From an uncultured delta proteobacterium (GTDB lineage: Bacteria > Desulfobacterota > Binatia > UBA9968): a stretch of 64,000 nucleotides of DNA. Positions 39,729-50,763 of the stretch are shown here, piece by piece (the first letter of the stretch is position 1; every line of letters begins with the position of its first letter). A model generated the notes under the pieces. The model made no database searches. It was not told where the DNA came from and worked only from the letters and a program-made list of their open reading frames with translations. A program made the position numbers and the translations under genes. The stretch is taken from positions 1 to 64,000 of the forward strand of contig CAVXEP010000027.1 of the NCBI GenBank assembly GCA_963760795.1. The letters run 5' to 3'.

Positions 39729-41674
39729 GACGTTCGCTTAAACGAAATCGCCTGCGCATGGGCTGTGTGAAAATTGTTTTCCTGCTGGTTTTTTTGATCG
39801 TCGGCGGACGCGCGTTTCACTTGCAAGTTTTCCAAGGCGACAAGTTGATGCGCCTCGGCCAGCGCCAGCATTTGAAGGAATGGATCGTCCTACCCAAGCG
39901 CGGCGCGTTGTACGACCGCGGCAGCGAGCCATTGGCATTGAGCTTGGAGTCGCAGTCGGTTTACGTCCGGCCCCACAGGCTCCAGAACCACGCCGAAGCC
40001 AACCTGAAGTTGGCCCGTATCCTCAATATGAAACGCGCCGATATGGAGCAAAAGCTCGCTGCCAAAAAACCCTTCGTTTGGCTCAAGCGCCAGGTCTCGC
40101 CAGCGGAAGCGGAGCAGATTCAAGCGCTCCATATGGACGGCATTGGCATGTACTTGGAACCCACGCGCTACTATCCGCAGGGCGGCTTGGCCGGACATTT
40201 GTTGGGGTTCGTCAATCGCGATTCCGAAGGGCTCGAGGGTATCGAGCTGCGATACAACGACTATATTCGCGGTGCGGCGGGATCTTCAGTGTCCGAACGG
40301 GATGCTCTCGGGCGCCGCGTTTTGGTCGAGGGGGTGGAAGGGCTACGGGTGCCACCCGGCAGCGATGTCTATCTGACTCTGGATTCGCCGATCCAGCATT
40401 TGGCGGAAAAAGAACTGGCAGCGACGATTCAAAAATATCGCGCCAAGGCGGGGGTCGCGATCGTGGTCGATCCCGCCACCGGCGAAGTCTTGGCGTTGGC
40501 TAATTATCCAACCTTCGATCCCAACTATGCCGCGCAACAAAGCGCCGACCAACGGCGTAATCGCGCGGTGACCGACAGCTTCGAACCTGGGTCGACATTT
40601 AAAACTATTCTTGCGGCCGCGGCGCTCGAAGAAGGGGTGGTCGGCAAGGACGACCTGTTTTACTGTGAAATGGGCAAGTATAACTATGCCGGCCGGGTGA
40701 TCCATGACACCCATCCGCAGGGTTGGCTGCCGTTTTCAAAAATTCTCCAGGTGTCGAGTAATATCGGTTTTACCAAGGTCGCGGAGAAGCTCAACAAGGA
40801 CCGGTATTTCAAATACATCGACAAATTCGGTTTTGGCCGGGTGACGGGCCTCGACGTGCCCGGCGAGGTTCCCGGTTTGCTGCGTAAACCGGAAACCTGG
40901 TCGGGTGTCGATCTGGCGACCCATGCGTTCGGTCAGGGTGTATCGACGACGCCGATGCAGATGGTCATGGCTTATGCGGCGATCGCCAACGGCGGTATTC
41001 TCATGCGTCCCTACGTAACCCGCAAAATTGTTAACCCGCAGGGCGAGGTCTTGGTCGAAAACCAGCCGCATATTGTCCGCCGGGTGATTTCCGAGAAGAC
41101 GGCGAAGCTGTTGGCGTCGATGCTGCGCGATGTCACCAACGAAGGCGGCACCGGCGTGGCGGCGAAAGTCGATGGCTTCGAAGTCGCCGGCAAAACCGGC
41201 ACGGCGCAGAAGGCCGAGCGCGGCGGTTACTCGGCGAAGAAACGGGTGAGTTCGTTCATTGGCTTCGTCCCGGCGGATAATCCGCGCTTGGTGTCGTTGG
41301 TCTTAGTCGATGAACCGGAAGGGAATGTTTATGGCGGCGTGGTCGCCGCACCGGCATTCCGCAATATCGCTCAGGGCGCCTTGCGCCAACTCGCGGTGGC
41401 GCCACGCGACGGCGCAGTGATGCCGAGCGCATCGGCGCAAGCCGAGTCTTCGCTGGCGCGTCCAGTCAAGCGCGCCGGGGTTCAGCTGGTTTCCATCAAT
41501 GGCGACGCGGTACCGGATTTTCTCGGTCTGAGCATGCGCGAGGCCCTGGAGAAAGCGCAGTCGCTAAGAATTTCTTTGAAAGTGCAGGGCAACGGCTATG
41601 TCGTGAAGCAGGCACCCGCGCCGGGCGAGCGCCGGCCGGAAGGCCAAGCGGTGGTGGTAAATCTGCAAGGATGA
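39725..41674 (+). CDS. ftsI: Class B PBP / FtsI with C-terminal PASTA domain
   Basis: RGALYDR, EPGSTFK, SSN, KTGT; VPDFLGLSMREA. Confidence 0.93.
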   Translation: MRRSLKRNRLRMGCVKIVFLLVFLIVGGRAFHLQVFQGDKLMRLGQRQHLKEWIVLPKRGALYDRGSEPLALSLESQSVYVRPHRLQNHAEANLKLARILNMKRADMEQKLAAKKPFVWLKRQVSPAEAEQIQALHMDGIGMYLEPTRYYPQGGLAGHLLGFVNRDSEGLEGIELRYNDYIRGAAGSSVSERDALGRRVLVEGVEGLRVPPGSDVYLTLDSPIQHLAEKELAATIQKYRAKAGVAIVVDPATGEVLALANYPTFDPNYAAQQSADQRRNRAVTDSFEPGSTFKTILAAAALEEGVVGKDDLFYCEMGKYNYAGRVIHDTHPQGWLPFSKILQVSSNIGFTKVAEKLNKDRYFKYIDKFGFGRVTGLDVPGEVPGLLRKPETWSGVDLATHAFGQGVSTTPMQMVMAYAAIANGGILMRPYVTRKIVNPQGEVLVENQPHIVRRVISEKTAKLLASMLRDVTNEGGTGVAAKVDGFEVAGKTGTAQKAERGGYSAKKRVSSFIGFVPADNPRLVSLVLVDEPEGNVYGGVVAAPAFRNIAQGALRQLAVAPRDGAVMPSASAQAESSLARPVKRAGVQLVSINGDAVPDFLGLSMREALEKAQSLRISLKVQGNGYVVKQAPAPGERRPEGQAVVVNLQG

Positions 41675-43233
41675 CGCCGATGCGAGTACGCGAGTTCTTA
41701 GCGTTGCACGAGGTCCAACAGGCCGACGGTGATCTGGAGCAGGAGGTGCAGGGCTTAACTTACGACTCGCGCCAAGCGACTGCGGGAAAAGTTTTCTTCG
41801 CCGTGCCAGGCGAACAGGCCGACGGCCATGACTACATCGGCGAAGCGGTCAAGCGCGGCGCCGCCGCGGTGGTTTTGTCGCGCGCCGGTGCTTGGCCCCA
41901 GGCGCCGGCAACGGTGCGGGTCAACAATGTCAGAAACGCCATGGGGTTGTGGGCGGCGCATTTTTATCAGCGCCCGAGCCGCAAGCTACGGCTGGTCGGC
42001 GTTACCGGCACCAATGGCAAAACCACCTTGACCTACTTGGTCGAGTCGATATTGCACGAGGCCGGCCTAGAGCCTGGAGTCATCGGCACGATCAACTACC
42101 GCTACTGCGGCCGCGCGTTGCCGTCGCATCATACGACCCCCGAGTCCCTCGACTTGCAAGAGTTGCTGGCGGAGATGGTGCGGAGCGGGGTGCAGGCGGT
42201 GGCGATGGAAGTCTCATCCCATGCGCTAGCGCAGGCAAGAGTACGCGGTCTCGACTTCGATGTCGGCGTGTTTACCAATTTGACCCGCGATCATCTCGAC
42301 TATCATCGTGACATGGACGACTACTTTGCCGCCAAGAGCCGCTTGTTCAACGACTACTTGCCGGCGTCGGTGAAGGCTCATAAGGCGGCGGTGATTTACG
42401 GTAATGATCCGCGCGGCGAGCAATTGATCGCTGCCTGCCGGGCGCAGGGCTTGGCGGTGTGGAGCTATGGCGACCGCGGCGCGTGGGATGTCTGTCCGGT
42501 GCAAGTTAGCCAAGTTGCCATTGATGTCGGCGGCATCCGCGGCGAGATCCGCGCCAAGGAGCGCCGGCTAAACATCGCCTCGTCGCTGGTGGGCTCGGTG
42601 AACTTGCAAAATATTTTGGGCGCCGTTGGGGTCGGCTGCGCCCTGGGATTGAGCGACGACGTGATCACCCGCGGCATCGCGCGCTTATCAGCCGTGCCAG
42701 GGCGGTTGGAAAAAGTCGACAATGGGCGCGGGGTCGCCGTCTTGGTGGATTACGCCCATACGCCCGATGCCCTGGAAAAAGCGCTGCAGGTGGCGCGGCA
42801 GTTGACCGACGGGAAATTAATCGCGGTGTTCGGTTGCGGCGGTGATCGCGACCGCGGCAAACGGCCGTTGATGGGCGAAATCGCCGCGCGGCTGAGCGAC
42901 TTCGCGGTGCTGACCTCCGACAATCCGCGCACCGAAGAGCCATCGGCGATACTCGCCGACGTCGAAGCCGGCGTGCGCCAAGTCGGCATCGCCAAACTCG
43001 ACGCGTCGCGGCCTACCGCCGGCATGACCGGCACGGCGGAACGGCGCGGCTATTACGTCGAAGCCGACCGGCGCGCGGCGATCCGCTTGGCGCTGGCGAT
43101 TGCCGGCGCCGGCGATACCGTGCTGATCGCCGGCAAGGGACATGAGGACTATCAGATTTTAGGCAAGACGAAGTTTCATTTCGACGATCGGGAGGTGGCG
43201 CGCGAAGCGATCGCAGCGCGCGCCAACGGCTAA
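41671..43233 (+). CDS. murE: UDP-MurNAc-tripeptide synthetase MurE (meso-DAP type)
   Basis: GTNGKTT, MEVSSH, DYAHTPD, DNPR, AGKGHE. Confidence 0.95.
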   Translation: MTPMRVREFLALHEVQQADGDLEQEVQGLTYDSRQATAGKVFFAVPGEQADGHDYIGEAVKRGAAAVVLSRAGAWPQAPATVRVNNVRNAMGLWAAHFYQRPSRKLRLVGVTGTNGKTTLTYLVESILHEAGLEPGVIGTINYRYCGRALPSHHTTPESLDLQELLAEMVRSGVQAVAMEVSSHALAQARVRGLDFDVGVFTNLTRDHLDYHRDMDDYFAAKSRLFNDYLPASVKAHKAAVIYGNDPRGEQLIAACRAQGLAVWSYGDRGAWDVCPVQVSQVAIDVGGIRGEIRAKERRLNIASSLVGSVNLQNILGAVGVGCALGLSDDVITRGIARLSAVPGRLEKVDNGRGVAVLVDYAHTPDALEKALQVARQLTDGKLIAVFGCGGDRDRGKRPLMGEIAARLSDFAVLTSDNPRTEEPSAILADVEAGVRQVGIAKLDASRPTAGMTGTAERRGYYVEADRRAAIRLALAIAGAGDTVLIAGKGHEDYQILGKTKFHFDDREVAREAIAARANG

Positions 43234-43244
43234 GTTTACCAGGC

Positions 43245-44648
43245 ATGAGGTGGACTTTGGCGGAGATACTCGCGGCTACCGGTGGCAAAGTTGCCAGGCC
43301 CGGTAAGCGCGCGCGTTACGGGGAGATTGTGACCGACTCCAAGCAGGTCAAAGGCAATTCGATCTTTGTCGCCCTCAAAGGCGAGCGCCACGATGCCCAT
43401 CGCTTCGTCGGCGCGGCGGTGCGCCAAGGCGCCACCTGCGTCATCGTCCATCGCGCCTTGCCAAGCGCGACCGGCGGGTCGGCGACGATCGTGCGGGTCG
43501 GCGACACGCTCCGCGCGCTTGGCGATCTGGCGCATTACCGGCGCGAGCGGCTGGCGCCCAAGGTACTTGCGATTACCGGTTCCAACGGCAAGACGACGAC
43601 TAAGGAAATGGTCGCGGCGATATTGGCGCAAGGTACCGTGGCCGGCCAGTCGTTACGCGGCCGGGTACTCAAGACCGAAGGCAATTTCAATAATTTGGTC
43701 GGTTTGCCGCTGACGCTGTTGCGGTTGACCAAGAGACACAAATTCGCGGTGGTCGAACTTGGCACCAACTCTCCCGGCGAGATCCAGCGTTTAGCGGAAA
43801 TCGCCGACCCGGACCTGGGCGTCATCACGACCGTGGCAGCGGCCCATTTGGCAGGTCTAAAAAACTTGCCCGGCGTGGCGCGCGAAAAGGGCGCGCTCTA
43901 TCGCGCCGTGCGCCGGAGCGGCATGATCGCGGTCAATCTCGACGATCCCTGGGTGCGTCGTCTGGGAGCTAAGTTTGCCGGTAAAAAGTTGACCTATGGC
44001 GCCGCCGGCCAGCTGCGCGCGCGCGGGTTGCGCGTGCATGCTGGCCGGGGCATGGCCTTCGCGCTGCACTACGGCGGCCAACAAGCGCGGATCAATTTGA
44101 ATTATCTAGGCCGGCATAATGTCACCAATGCCCTCAGCGCGGCGGCGTTGACGCTTGGCGTTGGAGTCAGTTTGGCGGCGGTGCGCCGCGGTTTGGCTCA
44201 GGCCAAACCCTTTGCCATGCGTATGCAGCGGCAAAGCTGGCGCGGCATCGGCATCATCAATGATAGCTACAACGCAAACCCCGGTTCCATGCAAGCGGCG
44301 CTGGAGACCCTGGCTTTGATCGGCGGCCGGGGCAAAAAAATCGCCGTGTTGGGCGACATGTTCGAGCTCGGCAAACAGAGCGCCAAAGAGCATCGCCAAC
44401 TGGGCCGGGTCGCCGCCCAAGCGCGGATCGATCGACTTTACTTGCTCGGCGACCAAGCCGGCGCAGTGCGTTACGGCGCGCTGCGCGCCGGCATGAAAGC
44501 GCACCAGGTGACCGTCGGCGCCGACCATGGCGATTTGGCCAACCGCTTGCGCCAACAGCTCGGGCGCGGCGACTGGCTTTTGGTCAAAGGCTCGCGCGGC
44601 ATGAAAATGGAAAAAGTTTTGCAAGCGCTCAAGTGCGTGGCGGTCTAG
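43245..44648 (+). CDS. murF: UDP-MurNAc-pentapeptide synthetase MurF
   Basis: GSNGKTTTKE, NFNNLVGLP, NDSYNANP, LGDMFELG, KGSRGM. Confidence 0.95.
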   Translation: MRWTLAEILAATGGKVARPGKRARYGEIVTDSKQVKGNSIFVALKGERHDAHRFVGAAVRQGATCVIVHRALPSATGGSATIVRVGDTLRALGDLAHYRRERLAPKVLAITGSNGKTTTKEMVAAILAQGTVAGQSLRGRVLKTEGNFNNLVGLPLTLLRLTKRHKFAVVELGTNSPGEIQRLAEIADPDLGVITTVAAAHLAGLKNLPGVAREKGALYRAVRRSGMIAVNLDDPWVRRLGAKFAGKKLTYGAAGQLRARGLRVHAGRGMAFALHYGGQQARINLNYLGRHNVTNALSAAALTLGVGVSLAAVRRGLAQAKPFAMRMQRQSWRGIGIINDSYNANPGSMQAALETLALIGGRGKKIAVLGDMFELGKQSAKEHRQLGRVAAQARIDRLYLLGDQAGAVRYGALRAGMKAHQVTVGADHGDLANRLRQQLGRGDWLLVKGSRGMKMEKVLQALKCVAV

Positions 44649-44657
44649 GAGTATCGC

Positions 44658-45734
44658 GTGCTTTATCATTTGTTCACTTCGCTCTCGACCAGCTACTCCG
44701 GCTTCAATGTCTTTCGCTACATCACCTTTCGCGCGGCGATGGCGGCATTGTTGTCGTTGGTGATTTCGTTTCTGCTCGGCCCCTGGTTGATCCGGATGCT
44801 CACCGACAGACAGATCGGTCAACAGATTCGCGATGACGGCCCGGCGTCCCATGCGGTCAAGGCGGGCACGCCGACCATGGGCGGCGCGCTGATTATCCTA
44901 GCCTTGCTGTTCTCGACCGTTATGCTGGCGGATATCACCAATCGCTATGTGCTGTTGGCCTTGCTCGCCACGGTGGGCAGTGGGGCGGTCGGCTTCGCCG
45001 ACGATTATTTGAAGCTCACGGGCAAAAACAGCAAGGGGCTGACGCCGCAGACCAAGCTCTTGGGCCAGCTCGCGGTCGCTCTCGTGGTCGCGGTGGCGCT
45101 GTACTTTCAGCCGAAATTCAGCACCGAGATCGCCTTTCCGTTTATCAAGACGTTGCGGGTCAATCTCGACGTTTTCTACATTCCCTTTGCCATGTTAGTG
45201 ATCGTCGGCGCCTCCAACGCGGTCAATCTCACCGATGGTCTCGACGGCCTGGCGATCGGCCCGGTGATGGTTGCCGCGGCGGCTTACGCCGTGGTGGCTT
45301 ATGCCACCGGTCATCTCAAGTTTGCCGAGTATTTGCAGATCCCCTATGTCGCCGGTGTCGGCGAGCTGACGGTGTTTTGCGCCGCGGTGGTGGCGGCGGG
45401 CTTGGGATTTCTCTGGTACAACGCCTATCCGGCGCAGATGTTCATGGGCGATGTCGGCTCGCTGGCCCTCGGCGCGGCCCTTGGCATCGTCGCGGTGCTG
45501 ACCAAGAACGAATTTCTCCTGGTGATCATCGGCGGCGTCTTCGTCATGGAAGCGCTGTCGGTGATTTTCCAAGTGGCGTCCTACAAGCTCCGCCGCAAGC
45601 GGGTTTTCTTGATGGCGCCGATTCACCATCACTACGAACTCAAGGGCTGGAAAGAGCCGCAGATTATCGTGCGCTTCTGGATCCTGTCGATTATTTTCGC
45701 GGTCATCGGTTTGAGCACCTTGAAGCTCAGATAA
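44658..45734 (+). CDS. mraY: Phospho-MurNAc-pentapeptide transferase MraY
   Basis: [37 protein letters not shown]. Confidence 0.96.
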   Translation: MLYHLFTSLSTSYSGFNVFRYITFRAAMAALLSLVISFLLGPWLIRMLTDRQIGQQIRDDGPASHAVKAGTPTMGGALIILALLFSTVMLADITNRYVLLALLATVGSGAVGFADDYLKLTGKNSKGLTPQTKLLGQLAVALVVAVALYFQPKFSTEIAFPFIKTLRVNLDVFYIPFAMLVIVGASNAVNLTDGLDGLAIGPVMVAAAAYAVVAYATGHLKFAEYLQIPYVAGVGELTVFCAAVVAAGLGFLWYNAYPAQMFMGDVGSLALGAALGIVAVLTKNEFLLVIIGGVFVMEALSVIFQVASYKLRRKRVFLMAPIHHHYELKGWKEPQIIVRFWILSIIFAVIGLSTLKLR

Positions 45735-45749
45735 CGGCGACGATGTTAA

Positions 45750-47084
45750 ATGGATCTCAAAGCAAAAAAGGTACTGGTCATCGGCCTGGCGCGCACCGGA
45801 CGGGAATGCGCGCGCTTTCTCGCGCAACAGGGGGCCAGGGTGTGGATTAGCGACCTACGCGGACCAGACGAGCTGCGCGGTGAAATGGCCGCACTCAGCG
45901 ATCTTTCGCCAACCTATCGGTTAGGCGGCGAGGAAAAAAGTTGGCTCGACGGCATGGACTGCGTGGTGCCGAGTCCGGGTGTGCCGAGGGAAAATCCTTT
46001 GCTGCGCGAAGCGCTGGCGCGAAAAATTCCGATATTGAGCGAAATCGAGCTGGCCTATCGCTATTTCACCGCGCCGCTGGTGGCGATCACCGGCACCAAC
46101 GGCAAAAGCACGACGACCACCTTGATCGGCAAGATGCTCCAGGCCGACGGCAAGAAAGTTTTTCTCGGCGGCAACTTGGGCGCGCCATTTATCGGCGCGG
46201 CGACCGACTCCTGGGATTGGGGCGTGATCGAGATCAGCAGCTTTCAGTTGGAATGGGTCGACGAGTTTCGCCCGCGCATCGCGCTCTTGCTCAACCTCTC
46301 CGAGGATCACTTGGACCGCTACGCGAGTTTCGCCGACTACTGCCAGGCCAAGGAGCGCATCTTCGCGGCGCAGCATCGCGCCGACGTGGCGATCCTCAAC
46401 CGCGACGATCCGCTGGTATGGCAGCTGCGCGAGCGCATTGCCGCACATGTGGTTTCCTTCGGCTTTGGCGAAGTCGCCGAAGGTGTGTTCGCGACGCCAA
46501 CGGAAATCGTCTGGCGCGACAGTACCGTCGAGGAGCGCTTCTCGTTAGCAAAGGCGAAGATCCAAGGCGTGCATAACGTGGAAAATATCATGGCCGCCAT
46601 CGCGGCCGCCGAGTGCGCTGGTGTCTCGCGGCGAGCGATTGAACAAACGCTCGAAGATTTCCCCGGCCTCGAACACCGTCTTGAATTCGTCCGCGAGAAA
46701 GACGGTGTTCGCTACTACAACGATTCCAAGGGCACCAACGTCGGCGCGGTGGCGAAGTCCCTGGCGAGCTTTGACGGGCCGGTGATCTTGCTCGCCGGCG
46801 GCGTCGACAAGGGCGGCGACTATGCGCCGTTGGCGGCGGGTATCCAAAACCAAGTCCGTCGCTTGGTGTTGTTCGGCGCGGCCAAACAGACCATCGCCGC
46901 CGCCTTGGGCCGACTGACGACGACTGTGCTGGTCGATGATATAAATGCGGCGGTGCGTGATGCCGCGGCTCACGCTCAGCCGGGAGATGTGGTGTTGCTG
47001 TCGCCGGCCTGTTCGAGTTTCGATCAATTTCGTAACTATGCCGAACGCGGCAAGAGCTTCAAGGACTTGGTGCAGGCGCTATGA
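45750..47084 (+). CDS. murD: UDP-MurNAc-L-Ala-D-Glu ligase MurD
   Basis: GTNGKSTT, EISSFQL, HRLE, NDSKGTN, SPACSSFDQF. Confidence 0.95.
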   Translation: MDLKAKKVLVIGLARTGRECARFLAQQGARVWISDLRGPDELRGEMAALSDLSPTYRLGGEEKSWLDGMDCVVPSPGVPRENPLLREALARKIPILSEIELAYRYFTAPLVAITGTNGKSTTTTLIGKMLQADGKKVFLGGNLGAPFIGAATDSWDWGVIEISSFQLEWVDEFRPRIALLLNLSEDHLDRYASFADYCQAKERIFAAQHRADVAILNRDDPLVWQLRERIAAHVVSFGFGEVAEGVFATPTEIVWRDSTVEERFSLAKAKIQGVHNVENIMAAIAAAECAGVSRRAIEQTLEDFPGLEHRLEFVREKDGVRYYNDSKGTNVGAVAKSLASFDGPVILLAGGVDKGGDYAPLAAGIQNQVRRLVLFGAAKQTIAAALGRLTTTVLVDDINAAVRDAAAHAQPGDVVLLSPACSSFDQFRNYAERGKSFKDLVQAL

Positions 47085-48175
47085 GAGATGCTTTGGCCGT
47101 CGATAAATGGATACTGCTGGCGGTCATCGGCCTGGTCGCCATGGGCGTGGTCATGGTGCTCAGCACCAGTTATCTCTATTCCCAAGAGCGTTACGCCGAC
47201 GGCACGTTCTTTTTTCGCAAACAATTGTTCGCCATGGGCGCCGGCGTGGTCGCGTTGATCGTCTGTTCGCTGATCCCGGCGCATCAATATCGCCGTTTCG
47301 CCTATCCGTTGCTGGCGCTGACCCTGGTCTGTTTGATTCTCGTGCTGATTCCCGGTATCGGCGCCAGTCGCGGCGGCGCGCGCCGCTGGATTGCCTTGGC
47401 GGGCTTTGCCTTTCAACCGTCGGAGTTGGCTAAGTTGGCGGTCGTCGTCTATCTCGCCCATTCCATCGCTAAGAAAGAACCGTTGATCGGCTCCTTCTCC
47501 ATCGGCGTCTTGCCGCACATGATCGTGACCGGCTTGTTCGCCGGCGTGCTTCTGCTCGAACCCGACTTCGGCAGCGCCTTGATTCTGACCATGCTGCTCT
47601 ACTCGATGTTGTTCATCGGCGGTGTGCGTGTGCACCATCTGCTCGGCACCGGCCTGTTAGCCTTGCCTTTGCTTATTTATGTCATGACCCAGGCGGACTA
47701 CCGGATGCGCCGCTTGACGTGTTTCTTAGACCCTTGGAGCGATGCGGCGGGCTGCGGCTTTCACGTTATTCAATCGTTGATCGCTTTCGGTTCCGGACAG
47801 TTGTGGGGGCGCGGCTTGGGCGAGAGCCGGCAGAAGTTATTTTATCTACCCGAAGCGCACACCGATTTTGTTTTCTCGGTGATCGGCGAGGAGTTGGGGC
47901 TGCTCGGTGCGTTTGCGGTCCTGGCGCTGTTCGGCGTGATTATTTTGCGCGGCCTGCGGCTGACCTCGCGCATCGAGGAGCCGTTCGATCAGTATTTGGC
48001 TTTCGGCTTGACGGTGCTCTTAGGACTCCAGGCTTTGATTCACATGGGTGTGGTGATGGGGCTCATGCCGACCAAGGGACTGGTGCTGCCGTTCATCAGT
48101 TACGGCGGCACGGCCATGCTGATCAATCTGGCGGAGGCGGGCATTTTGCTCAGCCTGTCGCGCCGGAGAGTTTAG
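47081..48175 (+). CDS. ftsW: Peptidoglycan glycosyltransferase FtsW
   Basis: GARRW, FQPSELAK, LPEAHTDF, PFISYGG. Confidence 0.95.
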   Translation: MRDALAVDKWILLAVIGLVAMGVVMVLSTSYLYSQERYADGTFFFRKQLFAMGAGVVALIVCSLIPAHQYRRFAYPLLALTLVCLILVLIPGIGASRGGARRWIALAGFAFQPSELAKLAVVVYLAHSIAKKEPLIGSFSIGVLPHMIVTGLFAGVLLLEPDFGSALILTMLLYSMLFIGGVRVHHLLGTGLLALPLLIYVMTQADYRMRRLTCFLDPWSDAAGCGFHVIQSLIAFGSGQLWGRGLGESRQKLFYLPEAHTDFVFSVIGEELGLLGAFAVLALFGVIILRGLRLTSRIEEPFDQYLAFGLTVLLGLQALIHMGVVMGLMPTKGLVLPFISYGGTAMLINLAEAGILLSLSRRRV

Positions 48176-48176
48176 C

Positions 48177-49244
48177 ATGCGGGTAGTTTTCGCCGGCGGC
48201 GGAACCGGCGGCCACCTGTTCCCCGGTCTGGCGGTGGCGCGGGAGTTTCAGCGCCGCGATGGCCAGACGGAAATAGTTTTTATCGGCACCGAACAGGGCA
48301 TCGAATATCGCGTGTTACCTAAAGAAGGATTCAAACTGGAAACGCTCACGGTCAAAGGGATAAAGGGGCGCGGTATCCGCGGCATTCTCGACGCGCTCTA
48401 CGGTGTGCCGGCGGCGCTGTTGCGTTCGCTGGCGATCCTGCGCGCCTTTCGCCCGGACTGCGTGATTGGGCTCGGCGGTTATGCGTCCGGGCCGGTGTTG
48501 CTGGCGGCCCAACTCAAACGTATTCGCTGCGCCATCATGGAGCAGAATCTGCGGCCGGGTTTCACCAATAAGCTGCTCGCCCGCTGGGTCGATCGAGTCT
48601 TTACCGCCTACCGTGAGAGCGCCGAGTATTTTCCCGGCGCACGGGTGATCGAGACTGGCAACCCGGTGCGCTGGACCCATGTGCCGCAGGTTAAGCGCAG
48701 CGACAAATTCACGCTGCTGATTTTCGGCGGCAGCGGCGGCGCCCGGCGGATCAATTATGCCGTCGTCGACGCATTGAAATTACTCGGCGATCTTAAAAGC
48801 GCCATCGTCATCACGCACCAAACCGGACCATTGGATTACGACGCGATCAAACAAGCTTACGGCGCGCTGCCATTCGACGCGACGGTAACGCCGTTTATCG
48901 AGCGCATGGACGAAGCCTATGCCGGCGCCGACTTGGTGCTATGCCGCGCCGGGGCGATGACCATCGCCGAACTGACGGTGTTCGGCAAGGCGGCGATTTT
49001 GGTGCCTTATCCGTACGCGATTTACGATCATCAGCGCGGTAACGCCGAGTCGTTGCAGCAACAGGGCGCCGCCGAAATGATTTTGGATCGCGACCTGAGC
49101 GGCGAGCTGTTGGCCGAGCGCATTCGCGGCTATTTCGCCGATCGTGCGCGGCTTGAGCGCATGGCGGCGGCGGCGCGCGCCTTGGGCCGGCCGGATGCCG
49201 CGGCGCGGATTGTCGATGCCTGTTACGGCTTGGCGCAGGCGTAG
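48177..49244 (+). CDS. murG: Lipid II synthase MurG
   Basis: GGGTGGHLFPG, GGY, EQN, GNPVR, GGSGGA, RAGAMT. Confidence 0.95.
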   Translation: MRVVFAGGGTGGHLFPGLAVAREFQRRDGQTEIVFIGTEQGIEYRVLPKEGFKLETLTVKGIKGRGIRGILDALYGVPAALLRSLAILRAFRPDCVIGLGGYASGPVLLAAQLKRIRCAIMEQNLRPGFTNKLLARWVDRVFTAYRESAEYFPGARVIETGNPVRWTHVPQVKRSDKFTLLIFGGSGGARRINYAVVDALKLLGDLKSAIVITHQTGPLDYDAIKQAYGALPFDATVTPFIERMDEAYAGADLVLCRAGAMTIAELTVFGKAAILVPYPYAIYDHQRGNAESLQQQGAAEMILDRDLSGELLAERIRGYFADRARLERMAAAARALGRPDAAARIVDACYGLAQA

Positions 49245-49268
49245 ATTGGTAATGGACGCGAAAGTTTC

Positions 49269-50654
49269 ATGTTGCAGAAGAAACATAAAATTCACTTTGT
49301 CGGCATTGGCGGCATCGGCATGAGCGGCATCGCCGAAGTGTTGCTCAACTCGGGCTACGCGGTGAGCGGCTCGGACTTGCAGGCCAGCGAGGCGACTCGG
49401 CGTCTGAGTTCTCTCGGTGCGCAGATTTTTGTCGGCCATCAGGAAGAAAATATCGCCGGCAAGCCGTCGGTGGTGGTGATCTCGACGGCGGTAAAATATG
49501 CCAATCCGGAGGTCTTGGAAGCGCGCCGGCGCCATATCCCGGTGATCCCGCGCGCCGAAATGCTGGCCGAGCTGATGCGCATGAAGTTCGGCGTCGCCGT
49601 GGCCGGCAGCCACGGCAAGACCACGACCACGTCGATGGTTTCGGCGGTGCTGAGCGCCGCCGGTTTGGACCCGACCATGGTGATCGGCGGCCGGCTGCAT
49701 ATGCTCGGCAGCAACGCCAAGTTGGGCGCGGGCGATATCATGGTCGCCGAGGCCGACGAAAGCGACGGCAGTTTTCTGCTGCTTGCGCCGACCATCGCGG
49801 TGGTGACCAATATCGACAAAGAGCACATGGATTTCCATGGCACCATGGAACGGTTGAGCGAAAACTTTCTCACCTTCATCAACAAAGTGCCGTTCTACGG
49901 GGTCGCGGTGTTGTGCAGCGACGATGCCCAGGTGCGCGGTCTGTTGCCCAAGGTACGCAAGCGTTTCACGACCTATGGCCTGTCGCCGGAAGCGGAGTTC
50001 TCCGCCGAGGATTTGACCATGAGTCCCGCCGGCGTGACATTCACCGCGCTCCATCACGGCAAGTCACTGGGCAAAGTGCGCCTGCGCTCGCCGGGAAAAC
50101 ATAGCGCGACCAACTCACTGGCCGCGATTGCGGTGGCCCATGAACTGGAAGTGCGGTTCGCCCATGTCGCCCAGGCCTTCGAAGCCTTCAGCGGTATTCA
50201 TCGCCGTTTTGAAATAATCGGCGAGCCCAAGGGCGTGATGGTGATCGACGATTATGGCCATCACCCGTCAGAGATTCGCGCCACCATCGGCGCCATTCGC
50301 GACAGTTGGAAGCGGCCGTTGACGGTGATCTTCCAGCCGCACCGCTATACCCGTACACGCGATCTCTTCGACGAGTTCTTGACGGCATTTGAAGGCGCGG
50401 ACCGGCTCGTGCTGACGGAAATTTACGGCGCCGGCGAAGATCCGATCACCGGCGCCACCGGCGAGGCGTTATACCAGGCGCTCAAACGCCAGGGCCATTT
50501 AGAGGTCGAGTATGTCGCCGACAAAAGCCAAATCGTCGCGCACCTCGCCGGCCGGCTGCAAGCCGGCGATATGGCGCTGACCTTGGGCGCCGGCGATATT
50601 TACAAAGTCGGTGAAGCCTTGGTTGAGGCGCTGCAGAGAGAGGGATTGGAGTGA
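49269..50654 (+). CDS. murC: UDP-MurNAc-L-Ala ligase MurC
   Basis: GIGGIGMSG, GSHGKTTT, EADESD, DDYGHHP, FQPHRY. Confidence 0.96.
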   Translation: MLQKKHKIHFVGIGGIGMSGIAEVLLNSGYAVSGSDLQASEATRRLSSLGAQIFVGHQEENIAGKPSVVVISTAVKYANPEVLEARRRHIPVIPRAEMLAELMRMKFGVAVAGSHGKTTTTSMVSAVLSAAGLDPTMVIGGRLHMLGSNAKLGAGDIMVAEADESDGSFLLLAPTIAVVTNIDKEHMDFHGTMERLSENFLTFINKVPFYGVAVLCSDDAQVRGLLPKVRKRFTTYGLSPEAEFSAEDLTMSPAGVTFTALHHGKSLGKVRLRSPGKHSATNSLAAIAVAHELEVRFAHVAQAFEAFSGIHRRFEIIGEPKGVMVIDDYGHHPSEIRATIGAIRDSWKRPLTVIFQPHRYTRTRDLFDEFLTAFEGADRLVLTEIYGAGEDPITGATGEALYQALKRQGHLEVEYVADKSQIVAHLAGRLQAGDMALTLGAGDIYKVGEALVEALQREGLE

Positions 50655-50743
50655 TGGGATGTTGGAGTATTGGAGTCCTGGAGTGATGGAGCCATGGGTG
50701 GGGAGGGGACACTACTCCAGTACTCCATCACTGCATGACTCCC
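50647..50743. repeat. Inverted octamer-array element at the murC-murB junction
   Basis: TGGAGTGA-TGGGATGT-TGGAGTAT-TGGAGTCC-TGGAGTGA-TGGAGCCA then CTACTCCA-GTACTCCA-TCACTGCA-TGACTCCC. Confidence 0.8.
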
Positions 50744-50763
50744 GTTCACAACCGATAATTGCG

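Noticed and set aside
48939-50057. Long antisense ORFs (e.g. 48939-50057, 15578-16537, 6866-7756, 31059-31883)
   Set aside because: Shadow frames of well-supported genes, expected in GC-rich DNA; no motifs of their own
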